Shown: in pieces, positions 24,556-36,446 of the stretch
How the letters are laid out: each line of letters begins with the position of its first letter
Position numbering within the stretch: position 1 is the stretch's first letter
Source of the DNA: Neodothiora populina
Taxonomy: Eukaryota
DNA: 64,000 bases
Assembly: GCF_041146345.1 (NCBI RefSeq)
Contig: NW_027191411.1
Span: 62,001 to 126,000, forward strand
Reading direction: 5' to 3'
Notes under the pieces: model-generated
Told to the model about the DNA's origin: nothing
The model's input: only the letters and a program-made list of their open reading frames with translations
Database searches by the model: none
Program-made: the position numbers and the translations under genes

Positions 24556-26744
24556 ATGTCATCCTCTGCGCAGACCTTACCAGTGGGAGCTGGCTATGGC
24601 GTCGTGGTCGGAGTCGGTTTCTTCTTCGCCTTCGTCATGATGGGGATATCATATTTGCAAAACAGATACACACGATTTTCGACGAAGACCAGTGAGGAGT
24701 TCAACACTGCATCTCGAAGCGTGAAACCTGGACTCATTGCCAGTGGCATTGTTTCTGCGTGGACTTGGGCTGCGACCTTGTTGCAGAGTAGTACCGTTGC
24801 TTATGAGTATGGAGTAGCAGGTAAATCACATAGCAATCTCTATGGTCGATGGCGAGCGCAGTAGAGATACTGATTGTGTTGTCAAGGTCCTTTCTGGTAT
24901 GCCGCTGGAGCCACGGTGCAGATCTTCATGTTCTCGATCCTCGCCTGTAAAGTCAAGATGAACGCCCCCAGATGCCACACGTATCTTGAGATCATCCAAG
25001 CCCGATACGGTACCGTCGCGCATTTGGTTTTTATGTTCTTCGCTTTCGTCACAAACATCCTTGTCGGGTCTCAGCTTTTGCTAGGTGGTTCTGCAGTCGT
25101 TACGAGCCTCACTGGTATGAGTGTCTATGCTGCCATCTTTCTGATCCCCGTAGGTGTATGCGCTTATGTCATTCTGGGTGGATTGAGAGCGACTTTCTTG
25201 TGCGATTACAGCCATACGTTGATCTTGATGATCATCATTCTGTATTTCATGTTCAACGCATATGCGACTAACGACCTGATCGGCTCGCCTGGAGAGATGT
25301 TCGAGTTGCTGCAGAAGGCCGCTGAGCAAAGACCGGTAAAGGGGAATCATGGTGGCTCATATCTGACACTCAAGTCCAACTACGGACTCATTTTCGGTGT
25401 CATCCAGCTTTGTTCCGGAAGTGGCACCGTTTTCCTCGATCAAGCTTACTGGCAGCGTGCGATTGCTTCGAGACCTACAACGGCGGTCAAGGCTTACCTC
25501 CTCGGAGGCATAGCATGGTTCGCCATCCCCTTTGGCTTCGCCACCACTCTTGGGCTCACTGCCGTAGCGCTGACGGATAACCCCCGGTTCCCAACATATC
25601 CCGATCCTCCTTCATCGAGCGATATCTCCGCCGGTCTATCAGCAGCATACGCAGCGCAAGTCCTCCTAGGCAAAGGTGGTGCCGTGGCTCTGCTCATCGT
25701 ACTGTTCATGGCTGTCACCTCATGCGCGAGCGCCGAGCTCATCGCCGTGTCGTCCTTACTGACCTTCGACGTGTACGCTCGCTACATCAAGCCGACCGCT
25801 AGCCCCAGCAATTTGATCTTCGTATCTCACTGCATGATCGCCGTGTTCGGTGTCATAATGGCCGTCTTCGCATGCATCTGGAACGCAGCAGGTATAGACC
25901 TCGGCTGGCTGTTTCTGGTCATGGGTCTCCTCATAGGCGGAGCTGTGTTCCCAGCCGCGTTCGCGATAACCTGGCGCGGACAGTCGCGGGCGGGCGCGAT
26001 CGCTGGCGCTATCTCAGGTCTTTGTGCTGGACTGATCGCTTGGCTGGTGGTTGCGGATCAGTACTTCGGCGCCATCAATGTTGAAACTACAGGAACCGAG
26101 TATGCGACGCTCGCGGGCAATCTTGCCGCAATCATGACAGGCTTGATCGTCACTGTTGTTGTGTCTCTAATCAAGCCTCAAAACTTTGATTGGGAGATCA
26201 CGAGGTCCATCAATGCTTTGCCTGTAGAAGCAATAGCAGATGCGTCCGTGGGCGCTCCTGCACACCAAGATGAAAAGAGCACAACACCTCACGTTAGGGA
26301 TGAAGACGAGAAAGTCAAGACATCCAGCGATGAAGCCGGTGCCTCGCCTTCCATATCCCCAGTCCCTGCGGATTCATCAATAGCAAGAGATGAAGATGAG
26401 GAAATGGCCGAAGACGCAATGCTAGAAGATCACCCTTCGAAATTGCAAGGCGCATTCAAGCTCGCTTGTATCGCATCGTTCGTTTTGACGTTCATCATGG
26501 ACTTTCTGGTAAGCCTGTTCCCGCAAGAGTTATGTTCAAGATCGAAGCTAATCGTGCGCAGATCCCCATGCCGATGTTCTTTTCGCACTATATCTTTTCC
26601 GAGGGATTCTTCACGGCTTGGGTCGTCATCTCGTTTCTGTGGGTGTTTACTAGCACGGCTATATCTGTGATATTGCCTATCGTGGAGACCTTGGGTTTCT
26701 TCAAGAAGTTCGTCAAGGAGGTGATGTCGGGAGGGAAGCACTGA
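24556..26744 (+). CDS. Sodium:solute symporter family urea/polyamine active transporter (DUR3/UreA-like), 3 exons
   Basis: GAGYGVVVGVG..FA, SEEFNTASRSVKPGLIASGIVSAWTWAATLLQSS, GGLRATFLCDY.HT, DQAYWQRAIAS, ASAELIAVSS..TFDVY. Introns 24821-24886 and 26509-26562. Confidence 0.93.
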
Positions 26745-26771
26745 GTACTCACACTCTGGATGTCTATTGTG

Positions 26772-29130
26772 TCACGCATGTGTGACTAGTGTGCAGTCGA
26801 TGTGATCTTTGGCCTCATAACATAACCAACCTCTTGAACGATCCTTTACCATCGCCATGTACATAATCATAAACGCTGCACTAGTAAGGGTGTTTCTCCA
26901 GATCTTCGAAAATAACATTGACAGAGCCCTGGTATTTATCTTCCGATGACTGACTACTTTCCTGTCCAAATGTGCGAAGTCTTTGCTTCTTTCCTGATAA
27001 GTTAGTGACAAATCTCCCTGGCTCTCACAAATGATCGCAAGGTCCTTCATGGCTACCAGAGGAAGTGCATGGCCTTCTTCGAGGACAGCTTCTCTTCTTG
27101 CCATCACGACTTCCTGCAGCTCGGAACCGTATTTCAAAACTCCTGACTCGAATGTCAGGATGCAAGGTTGTCTAAACTTTCCGGAACGGCTGAAACGTTC
27201 TACCCAAGTAAAGCTCTGCTTTTCTTCATTAGAAGAAGCATAGCTCATTGATCTCATTTCACCACACATATGCCGCATATATATCCAAAAGGCGCAGGCA
27301 GCGTTGTTGACAATATTCGCAAGGGTAAGACATCTATGTAGATGATTCTTTATGCCTCTGATGTCGCCCAGTTGCACCAAGTCGTGAAGCCTATCACAAG
27401 ACTTCCGATTCCTTGTCTTCATGCAGTTTTCCATCGTGACCTAATTCCTGATGACCAAATACACAAGCTGATGCATGTCGAGAAGGCTACTGTGCTGCCG
27501 TCGTGAGAGAAGTCGGTGGCTAGTTATCTGCTCGATCTCAAGTGCAGGCGGCAGTAGCGACTAATGTGTGCGGGTTGAAGCAACGGATACAACGAAAGAA
27601 TGGCACTGAGCAGCGACTTGATCTTGCTTCTGAAGCTGACGGATAAGACATGGCAGATATTTGCCGCGGCAATCTAGGTCTCAGGATCTCGGCAATGATC
27701 TTGAACACTGCGACTGGGAACAAGGAATCATTAGATCTTCACGATTCTCTGCCCCTTGCATTGAAGCCAGGTATCCATGTACACTGGCATCATTCATTCT
27801 CATAGAAGCTATAGCTTCGACAATTTCCAAGAGGCACATCAACATTGGGAGCCATGTTCTCGCGTCCTCTCCACAATCAGCGCAGAATCAGACCTAGAAG
27901 CGAGCGGCATAGCAAGTGTTGCGTATCGTCAAGAGACAACTATTCCACAACAATGACGCGTGAAGCTGAAGGGGTCAGAGCTACCGCTGAATGGCTTTAC
28001 CAAACAATGCTACGTAACTACAGGAAAGTAGAATTTCGCCTCCCCCTTAGATCCGAGGTTGAGATACTCCAGGATCTCTCCATGTATGAGAAGTCGCCAG
28101 CTCGATGGCCATATCTTGGATCAAGAAGAAGTTCAGTACCTTTAGCTGGAGCTGTTCTTTCCGTAGCCTGAGCATCCAGTGCTAGCAAAAATTCTTTGGC
28201 GTACGCAGCGGCGACACTAGCGGCATAACCTTGCCAGAGATCGTTTTTGTGTGAGTCGGCATAATTGCAAATACCTCGGACGACAAGGCACGGGAAGTTG
28301 TTCATAAGGCCAGCCGCTTCCATCTCGAAACAAAGAATACCCAATTCTTCCCTAGCCCTGTCGCGCACCATAGGGTCCCTGATAACAGAATTACCCGACC
28401 CAATTGTTCCATAGAAGACTTGAGGGCAATGGGGATTGTCTATGATCCTTTCTTGACGCTTTACAACTTTAGTAGCCAGACACTTTCTGCAATCTTCCTC
28501 GCCGTCAATGTGAGAATAAGCTGACTCGTGGAGGACATCTTTGTCAACACCAGGGTACGCAGAACTTGTACGAAGGGTTTCGTACTTCTGCCTCGCCTGT
28601 TCAAGTATTTCTGGAAACTTCGGATCATCGAGTCTGGACTGTAGGGTAGATAGTGTGTTGAGAACGGCATCTGGTGGGCTGTTCAGATGGCCTGTTCTCT
28701 CAAAAAAGTCTGGAACTCTAGCCTTTCCGCGGTCATACTGGACCACGCCTCCAAAGCAACCGCTCGGCTGACTCACAACGATGTCTCCTAGACGAATGTC
28801 GTATTGAAGTGACGGGGCTCCACCTCCTACACCAACAAGTAAACCGATCTTGACCGATGGGAATGTGGACAGCATGCGTTCTGAGACAATGGTCGCCGAA
28901 GTCGTATGAGCTTTCCCGGCGGGTAAGCAGGCCATAACAACATAATGCTTCGCAATACGCCCACATATGTAAGAATTATGGTCATTCGAAGCCCTTTCGA
29001 GTGGTCCAAGATGTTCTTCGTCTAGCATCGCCCTAGCAGGTCTTTGTTCAAGTGACAACCCCGATACCCACCCCACGGTGTACATACTGGGCGGGTACCT
29101 CGCCCTCTTCTGTGCCATTTTCTCAACCAT
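26772..29130 (-). pseudogene. Decayed fungal NLR-like gene: PNP_UDP phosphorylase domain ORF (29130-28018) followed by broken NB-ARC/winged-helix and TPR remnants
   Basis: The PNP_UDP motifs YTVGWV..L..E, LLVGVGGGAP, DIRLGDIVVS, GGVVQYDRGK, CFEMEAAGLMNNFPCLVVRGIC.YADSHKN..WQGYAA are intact. Downstream remnants *SLLPPA, DMHQLVYLVIRN* and TPR-like REAVLEEGHALPLVAMKDLAIICESQG carry in-frame stops. Confidence 0.78.
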
Positions 29131-30333
29131 CTATCGATATAACTATTGTCTTCTACAACATTCGGCACTGTTGTTCACGGAAGGCTATCTATATAGGATG
29201 TGAAGAAGAGCATGCAGAAGCTAAGTGGGAGATATGAGAACAAGACTGCCAGGATCACGAATGATACGTAAGATTACCAAGAGAATGTCTAGTGCGACCA
29301 GCATCAAACGTAAAATATACGACCCTTGTACATTGCTGCATATCGATATTAATTGTTGGGCGTTAGCAGCGTCCGGAGCACTTCGATCCTAGGTTCCAGA
29401 AGTGGGAATCTCTATTGGTGCTGTAGGCGCGATGTGGGGATCGTCGTCTGGATGGAGGAAGAGGCGACCAACGATTCCAACGCTTTATACTGCGAGCGGT
29501 GAGGATGCTTGTTATAGGGACTACTCAGGCCTCGAGTCTATCTTCAGGGGACTCCGAGGGTTCGTGACGGCATATTACCACGTCTTGCAAAGAGGCATTA
29601 CAGTAGCGGTGGTAGAATCTCTCGGATACTGCATCTATTATCGCATGCCTTTTGCGCGGGATATTGGACCATCTAGCTCTATAGTGGGCCCTGCCGAGGA
29701 TCCGTTCGGTGCAGCCTGCATCTGATCAGCCCAGCTCGGGCTTCCGCGACTTAGGTCGTTACAGCAGACAGTGGTTGAAGTGCGGTACATCAGACCTCTA
29801 CATATTGCGATCCAAACATCAAATGATAAGGATGCTACTTTCCAGCTGCGATAACGTTCTCGCTGACTGCTACCTTAATGCGATTTTCATGCCAGAACTG
29901 CGGATGTACGCTCGGCACCTGAGTAGCTAGAAGTGGCAATTGATGAGAGGGCGGAATGGAAACTGCCAAATGAACACTACGGATGCTTCGAAATTTGATA
30001 CACTACGAGCTCATCCCAGCAAGGTGAAAGTGTGGAAGGACTTCAATCCGCCGGAACATGATGAGGGCTGAACAATCGAGAGTGATGGCCAAGTGAGAAG
30101 AAGCAGAACACTTTACCATGACTGAACGATGTTCACGCCACCCTCTCCGTCTGCCACTCAACGCAACGCCATACCATCAACCGTCATTGCTACAACTCCG
30201 CAGGAAGTAGATTCGCAACATCATCCATCCTCCTTTGCACGACTGAAAGCAGCTGTAGAGCAGTTCTTGCTTCACCACTCCGCCTATTCACGTACTCGTA
30301 ACAAGTTGATGCGTGCAAGTCCGCAACGATCCG

Positions 30334-30726
30334 ATGTGTTTGACGCAATGCTTCCGATCCAAAGAATGTGGTCACACCTGGTACTTCGAGGATGCCTCAC
30401 TACTCTCTGAAATTCTTACTCACATACCACTCAGGATCACCATGCGCCTCGACGGATCATGTCGTCCGAACCGAGATCTATCCAACTGCCCAAAATTCAT
30501 ACAGGGTCAGCCAGAGGGACCGGCATACTGGCCGGATTGGTACTTCACTCGCATTGCGCCGCCTCACTACTGTCCTGTGTGTGACTACGGAGGCAAATAC
30601 AATCGAAAATTCACACGTATGGTCGACGTTGACGCGAGTGGGGCGAGATTCGGATCTGGCGCTGGAAGAAACAGGCCGGGCATTGACTTCTACGATGGGC
30701 AGGTGATGTGCTGCCGTCTTATGTAG
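30334..30726 (+). CDS. Small Cys-rich hypothetical protein (about 112 aa) ending in CaaX-like CCRLM, 2 exons
   Basis: MCLTQCFRSKECGHTW/ITMRL..C..CP..CPVCD..MCCRLM; predicted 54-nt intron GTACTT..CTCAC..CAG at 30381-30434. Confidence 0.6.
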   Translation: MCLTQCFRSKECGHTWYFEDASLLSEILTHIPLRITMRLDGSCRPNRDLSNCPKFIQGQPEGPAYWPDWYFTRIAPPHYCPVCDYGGKYNRKFTRMVDVDASGARFGSGAGRNRPGIDFYDGQVMCCRLM

Positions 30727-31136
30727 TATGTGGAAGAAGTGGCGGAAGAGCATGAGACCCAGCAAGTCTCAAAAGACCAGTGCATGAGTTGGCCTAAACC
30801 ACATCATGAGCCATCTGAAATGATATCCAAAAAGCAGATGGTTCTATCTTCCATGAGCGCGTAATTGTACGGTGGATACAGATAAGGTACTTGTGTCCTT
30901 ATATCAGGGTGTCATCGATGCACGTGATTGGCTTGCAGTGCCAAGACATTTGAATCGCGACTCCGATGCGACTTTCGGTATGGAGCAAGCAATGCGTCGC
31001 ATGTGAAGCAAGACTCCACCAACATCACCAACAACTGGTTATCCACAATTCGATTTCTGCCATTCCTTTGTTCCATTTTCCATCAGTGCAGATCGATAGA
31101 CGATACCGAGAAGTCAGACTAAATACCCTGCTCAAG

Positions 31137-31770
31137 ATGAAGCTCGTCCGGTAAGCTTTCTCCTCTTGCCTATCACTCTCGAATTGCGCATCCAGACTTT
31201 TGAGAGCTGTCTTCTGTTGCTTGCACAAGATATGAATCGTTCATAATCTGATGCTGACGATAATCACAGCTTTTTGATGAAATGCCAGAACGAGACAGTC
31301 ACTATTGAATTGAAGAATGGTACGTCTTGATGTCGCGCGTGCACTTGCTAGTGCATACAACTTAGCATCCTCACTCCAGCATAACAGCACTGTCGACTAC
31401 AGCATGGCGATGCGATCATCGAACTAACAGGCGGTACCATTGTGTAGGCGCAATTGTCCATGGCACCATCGCATCAGTCTCCCCCCAGATGAACACAGCT
31501 CTGCGCACTGTCAAGATGACCCCCAAGGGTCGCGACACGATTTCTCTCGACACGATCAACATTCGCGGATCAACCATCAGATACTACATTTTGCCTGACT
31601 CGCTACCTCTGGATACGTTACTCATTGACGACACACCTAAGCCCAAGAACAAGGCCAGGAAGGAGGCCGCAGACCGTGGTGCTCCTCGAGGTGGTAGAGG
31701 TGGTCCTAGGGGAGGTCGTGGTGGCCGAGGCGGTGGCCGCGGTCGTGGCCGTGGTGGCAGAGGTTTCTAA
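31137..31770 (+). CDS. SMD1: Small nuclear ribonucleoprotein Sm D1, 3 exons
   Basis: [22 protein letters not shown]/..[38 protein letters not shown] with RG-rich tail. Introns 31151-31269 and 31320-31447. Confidence 0.96.
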
Positions 31771-34104
31771 AAGGGGCAATCGGCGATCCGAAATCCAGCA
31801 TTTCCATTGTTCGAAGATTTCGAAAATTGAAGATATTCACTCGCCCTCTAGATCGGCTGGTGTCTTTTTTTCAGACAAATCACACAGTCCAGATCACGCA
31901 ACACACGAAGCTGTCCGATCGAGGAATATACTGCTGCATAGAATCGGACTGTTGAGCGACTATCGAGCAGTAGTCAAGATGATTCGAGAGAGAGGATGTA
32001 AGAAGCAGCGAAGCAGTAAAAGAGCAGAAAAGTCAGTATGGCAACTTGGTGGCTCGTGGGCAAAAAGGCAAAAGCAAGTGCTTGAATAGACGCCTAATAA
32101 CAGACGAAGCGTCGCAGTTCTTCGTGGCGAGGAAGGACAATATACCCACCTGTTGTTTTCCTCAACCCAAGCACGGAGAATGAAACAAGAGTATCTTTAA
32201 CCGCAATCCTGTCGTCTTATTCATGAGTTTACTGGGACCACATCGCTGATATCGCTGAATCACGAATTTTGCTTCTTCTTATGGTCTGGAAAGATGAATA
32301 CCAGTGGACCGGGGCGTGCCTTCCTCATCAAGAGATATGTGCTTCCCAATGACATTCCCCTGAAATCACAGTTCAAAAATAGCAATCATCTGCAGCATTT
32401 ATCAGAGAACAGAGAAGCATGACACTGTGATTGACTACGTATGCATCCGTCGGGCACAATGCTCAAGATCTAGGCTTTTGTGATAACATCATATCGTCTT
32501 ACGACAACAAGCAAAGATAGTATTCTTTTCTGATGAACCTTTTCTCACTAACATTTAGAATCATGAAACAAAGTCTGATGCCTTCGAGCTATCGTAGCAA
32601 GGCACATAGTCTGTGGTGTCTGGTCAAAGGTTGTCTCGATATGTTCTTAGGTAGTCAACGGATTACTTTCCTCTATATAGGTAAGGAACCTCTCAAATAG
32701 GTATGCCAGGATCATACTATAGCACCCCCAAAGAGCAGTCTATGTGGCAAATTGGGTGTATGAGCAAGGATCAGATTGGATATGTCCAGCACTATAGCAT
32801 GAGCTGAGCAACGAGCATAAACTGCGCAATTACTGGTGACCTTTATCGCAAGTTACGGCAACACCATGATTGGCATGGCAGGATGAAGCGTCGAAGGAGT
32901 CAAGTCCGACCGCAGCTGATTAAAGTTTACCCTCAGCTGGATAAGGCAAAAGAATGACTTCTCCATATGGATGAGAGTTCATTCATAAAGGTCCACTCTT
33001 GCAGCAGCCTCGGCAGCACTCGAACGAGGATGATCTTCTTTCGACTGATTGAGCGATCCACGCATCGTCTGGGACGTTCGCTAAATAGCGGCTTATACAC
33101 AATTGCGGCGGAATCCACAGAGGCCCACAAGTGTCGCATGCATGCCCCTTCGCGTGTTACATCGAAGAATCGAGTGACCCAATAGTATCAGACACAGAGC
33201 TTACACCATAGTAGATACTTTCGGAAGATGACGAATCGTGTAGGGCTAAAGGTAACGATGCTCTAAAGGAAACGTGCCTAAGGCGCAATCTGACAAAACA
33301 CGCGATGTTTACCTTACGTTGCCGTCCTAGCGGATGTCACAGTCTATGCGAACTACGTAACTGGCAGCACACGTTCCATTGATTTTCGGCCGAGATGTAG
33401 TCGTGATCGCCTACCCTTGCAAGTACTGTATTCCCTCGACATGTGCCCTTTCGCGCCGATACTAAGTCTAGTAGCTAAGCTCGGAAGTATGTAAGGTAGT
33501 ATGCAGTAAGGCTGGAGATGTAATGGAGACGTCCACGACGTACACAACCAACATCAATCGATCTATGAATTTTCCAGCGCAAGTCTGCTGATAGTTGAAT
33601 GGAAGGTCCGACGATTGCATGACGCGAACAATCGCGATCAAATACCAATGTTTTCGACAACATTGCTGACATATAATCTGTGATACCTCTAGTGGTTGAG
33701 CACGGAATAGCCATGTGGGAGCAACTTCTTGGCAAAAGCGGGGATAGTGGGACAAAACGGAGAGATGCTCGAGTCATGCACGATTGCGTGCTAATTAGAA
33801 AAGATCGCGATACCTCTGGAGTTTGGCTTCCTTGCCCCTAGAACATCAGGCATAGCCAAGATGGGACAGTTAACAACGTATTCGAGACAGCATCATGTTC
33901 ATTCACAACCCTACTTTTCACCCAGTGATGGTCTTACGCGTCGTTCATCTAAAGAATCTTTCCATCTGTCATATCCAATCAACTCTGCATATTTGTTATC
34001 GTTGAGTTCGACTCGGGCAATCAGGGTCCGACACAGTCCTTTTGTTATTATACTGACGCTTCCCCCCGGATCTCGCTTGAAGCGACTTCCATACCTTGCA
34101 TTCC

Positions 34105-36446
34105 ATGCCCAGGAGCACCTCTACCACCAAGGAAGTGAAAAATGCAAATTCAATGTCGTCGCCCAAGAACGACATGTCCTCTCCAGAGGAACCAGTCACA
34201 ACTGCAAATGAAAAGCAGCATCGCCCGAAACGTTGTCTTACATGCGCTGCCAGGAAGGTAAAATGCGACGGCACGCGAGATGTTTGTCTTCGGTGCCAGA
34301 GACTTGGGATTGAGTGTCGGTGGCTTCGATCAGGTAATTACTTTTGCTTTCTTATCCTGGTGTAAGGCGGGGGGAAAGTCATAGAGAGCCGAGATTATAT
34401 CTTCTCTGAAAGGAAGGCGCTACGACTTGGAATCGCATTGGATACCTTGATTATCTGGACTCGTATTAGCTGTTATCCAAGCCATTGGTGTTCATAGCAA
34501 GAATGGCGATATCTGCGCAGCCGGATCAGCAGGTTTCTGTGGACTGAGGATAATGGATTCCAGAGGCCCTGCAGGATACCATGCAAAGACGTTTTGTTTA
34601 GCATCAGGGGAAACAAATAAACTAATGTTTGACAGAAGGTTCTCCACGGACTCGACGAGTCACACCTGATCTGAATGTCACAGAAGCAGGCCATAAGCGG
34701 ATACGAACGCTTGCCGCTTGCGACCCATGTAGGAAGCGAAAGCTGAAGTGCGATGGAGGCCGGCCTTGTACAACTTGTGAACGGCGCAATGTTCGCTGCA
34801 CATCGCAAGCACATACTCCAGGTAGCAACACTTCACCTACTAATACCACCCCACGCGACAGCCGCGCCACTAGTCTTTCGCTTGATGATTCGTCTTTACC
34901 CGACAGTAATACATTGCGATTGCTCATCGATGCCTACTTCAACCGAGTCCATCCTGTATCATGCAATAACTTCTTGCATCATGGATCTCTCTTTGAGACC
35001 CTGGAAAGGGGCACATCACCTCGGCTTTTGCTAATGGCAGTGTGTGGTATCAGCGCCAAATTCCAGGATGACACCATGATGCAGGAACAAGGCCAGAGAT
35101 GGATTGAAACAGTCAAGACGCAATTTGCAAGTGCCATGGACGTCGTTTCCATGACGAACGTAGCTATCTTGCAAACCTTGGCTTTGCATCATGTTCAAGA
35201 AGGCAATTTCGTACCAGCCTGGAACTACATAGCTCTGGCATTTCGAGTTGCGTTACAGCTGAAAATGAATGCCTACGAACCACCTGCCGAATCGGCTGCG
35301 CAAGCGCGAAACTTCGCGCGGCAGGAGAGCAGGGTCCGACTTATGTGGTCCATATATGTACTACACTGTCTCTTGTTATGCGATGAAGTCCACAGCAATG
35401 CAAACCTCATGGACAAGCTTCCGTTACCTTGCAATGCCTGGAATTTCTTCCAAGGCCTGCATTGTCAAACCCTTCGATTGCAAGATCCCATGGGGGACCC
35501 GCAACAAGTCAGCGCAACCAATCCATGCGCGTATTACATCAAGGTGGTGATCATCCGAAGTGAGATTATGAGGTTCAACCAGTCTCTTGTCTCCATTGAT
35601 CAGACATATCCGTGGCAGGCTGGATCGACTTTCCATCACCTAGCAAAATCCCTGGAGAACTTCAGGCAAACTCTACGAGCGAATATCTCGTTCGAAGTAC
35701 AACAAATGCAGAACTTCCGAAGCAGCAGGCAACTCGACATGTTACTAATGATACACACGTGGTTTCATCACTGTAATTGTCAGCTTTACGGATTGTGGAT
35801 CGAAAATCATCCCCGAGCCTCGACTAATTTCTTCCTTTCTTTGGCACCTACAGAGTTTGCTCTGAGTTGTACTATGAAGAGTATTCTACATGCGAAACGG
35901 ATGTCGCGTCTCGTGGAAAAGGTGCTGGAACAAGACCCTATGCACAACTTTATTGATCCCTGGCTTGCTATCAGCATGCTCGATTCGGCACAAGTTCTTA
36001 TCGCAGCGGCCCTACGGCAGACCACACCTGAGGAGAAGCAAGAGATCTTCTCTATGCTTCGGATCAACATTCGAGTGCTTCGCACAATGAGAGTGACCTT
36101 TGGGCTTGCCGAAAAGACGTACAATGCGTGCATTCAATTCGTAAGGAATGCAGGGTTTCACGAACTTGACGATACGACGGTGCCTCCCGTCAACACTCAA
36201 AGGACCCCACACTCGGAGATGATTGCAATTGTTAGGCGCTACCCCTTTCTAGTTGCGCAAGCGCCGCCAGCAAATCAAGAAGAGAGTTTATTCGACGATG
36301 GCTTCGGTGCTTACGAGCAGGAAGAAAAAGAGTGGACCGATATGCTTCGGGGTTTGAATACCGAAGCCTCAGTCTCTATGGACATTTTCGATGCGTCCTT
36401 GTCGAATGGTCAGTCTGAGCCACTTCTTGGAAACTGGACATTTTGA
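34105..36446 (+). CDS. Fungal transcription factor with two tandem Zn(II)2Cys6 clusters and a Fungal_trans domain, 2 exons
   Basis: CLTCAARKVKCDGTRDVCLRCQRLGIEC (exon 1) and CDPCRKRKLKCDGGRPCTTCERRNVRC (exon 2) join in frame across intron 34334-34635; RQESRVRLMWSIY. Confidence 0.82.
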
